Shown here: positions 62,331-64,000 of the stretch, in pieces | How positions within the stretch are numbered: position 1 is the stretch's first letter | Layout of the letters: the number at the start of each line of letters is the position of its first letter | NCBI GenBank assembly: GCA_026023565.1 | Contig: JAPETS010000009.1 | Span: 186,001-250,000 of the forward strand | DNA: 64,000 bases | Source of the DNA: Cirrosporium novae-zelandiae | Lineage: Eukaryota | Reading direction: 5' to 3' | The notes under the pieces: model-generated | What the model was told of the DNA's origin: nothing | The model's database searches: none | The model's input: the letters and a program-made list of their open reading frames with translations, nothing else | Made by a program: the position numbers and the translations under genes

Positions 62331-64000
62331 TTCTGAGGGAAAGCTTAGGCTTCTGAGGCAAATGGAGCCTCACTTTCGAAGCTAGGCTAATATAGATTTC
62401 CATTGATGTCCAAGTGTTAATACCGCTCATGTATCTAAGCTTTTTGGCACTAATAAAGGGCAGATGAACATAGGGGGGAAAATGCTGAGGAAATAGCCGG
62501 AAGTGTATTTGTTTCATCATTTTCATGTTATTTTCATCTTTATTTTCTGACGATGTACGGTTTTTAACAAAAAAAAAACTACATTGCTTCTTCTTTTTTA
62601 AGGCTTGTCTCAAGATATATGATTTTATTACTGAAGATTTTATTTAGCTCATTAACTAATCAATCAATCCTAGGATGGGATATAAGTTGAGATGTGGTGG
62701 GGAGCCGGGGAGGGGAAGCCTTTTCCTTCTCCTTCTCCCTCTTTCGTAGTGCTATAGTAGGGTAGATTACATCAAGTAAAAAGTAGATGATGAATTAAGT
62801 CCATAAAAATAACCCCGCTTAAATAATACAATACCCCTCGCAGAACTCTCTAAGTAGAAACGCTTCACACAAACAATAAACCGCTAAGCGCGGGTTGTGC
62901 CATGCTAATTCATAATAACACTTGGCAAATATTAAACATATCAAGAGATAGTCTATATAATTATGAATATAATAGCTAAAGAAAGAGAAAAAAGAAAAAA
63001 AAAGAAAAAGAGGAATAGAAACGAAGGGAACCAACCAACCAACCCATAACTGAAATTTCGAATCCATCTGTATCTATTTAATTTATTATCTAACTAAACT
63101 TTTATTTTTTGAAAACTAGAATCCGATTTAACTTACTAATTCAATAATAAAAACGGGCTTACTTTTTTTTCTTTTTCTTCGTCTTCTTCTTTTTTACTAC
63201 TCCTACTACTACTACTGTAAATATAAAGGAAATTATATATACTATAGTAGGGGTTGATGCCCGTATGTATACTCACTCAGTAGAAAGGTATAAGCTTGCT
63301 GCTGCTGTTCGTAACATGTTGGGAGGTTGATTGATAAGGCAATAACAACAGCAAAGGAACGATTGTGAAATTTTTTTGTTTTTTGCTATTTATTTTTTCT
63401 AGAGGAAAAAAAATCTATCTATCTCGTAAATAGGATTTGCAAGTGATTTCTTTCTGTTGCCGTTGCTGCTCTTTAGATTAAAGTGTTAGAATGGGTTCCT
63501 TTATTCCTTTGCTCCTTTACATATTTATATATTTATATGGGGAGGCTCTCTAACCCTTTTTCCTTTTCTTCCAACAAAATGCAAAATATAATTTACGAGG
63601 TTCTACTCTTCCATTCACACTACAATCTGTGAGATATAAGTTGTATGTATATAATTAGAGGGTGTATCTACTATAAAAAAAGGGGGAGCTGTGATGGTTT
63701 GTTAATCCTAGATAAAACAACTACTCCTTCTCCCCTCTCCCCCCCCAGGGAATGAATTATCCCAACATCTTTGTGTACTATGCTGTACAGCTGAAAACGT
63801 CAAGACTATTTAAATTGATCTACTGGTAAAAGACACGATGGCTTGAAAGAGTCCTTCATTCAAGTCTGGACTTGGATTTTAGGGAGCTGTTTTTAGAGTG
63901 TTGGGATGGAATTAATAGGTTGGTTGGGGTATGTATCATGCAGTATTGTGTGTTAGTGGCGGTGGGGGATACACCACTATAATCCAAATCCAAGCAGTGA

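Noticed and set aside
51500..64000. Accessory region as cargo of a Starship giant transposon
   Set aside because: No DUF3435 tyrosine-recombinase captain or element boundary is visible in this window; cannot be supported without flanking sequence.

Overview
This is eukaryotic, intron-containing DNA from a filamentous ascomycete (Pezizomycotina-type GT-AG introns with CTAAC/CTGAC branch points). About 0-49 kb is mostly conserved genes. In order: the 3' end of a urea carboxylase/amidolyase, a TauD dioxygenase with a divergent allantoate-family MFS permease, mitochondrial SerRS, PKH1/PDK1 kinase, a protein with a CDC26-like N-terminus, the glfA/glfB galactofuranose pair, RPN6, SOF1, an SDR, PPM1, IST1, a sugar porter, two head-to-head LaeA-like methyltransferases, a JMJD5-like and an AlkB-GRF dioxygenase, and PEX7. 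About 51-62.5 kb is accessory. It holds a DUF3716-like gene and an apparently decaying NRPS cluster: an intact P450 with a hAT-type MITE 45 bp upstream of its ATG, a P450 pseudogene with heme Cys->Tyr, and an internally deleted NRPS pseudogene. The best candidates for something undescribed are the urea carboxylase-TauD-permease trio (possible N/S scavenging module) and the decayed NRPS/P450 cluster. All family calls come from motif recognition by eye; no searches were run. Exon boundaries were inferred manually.
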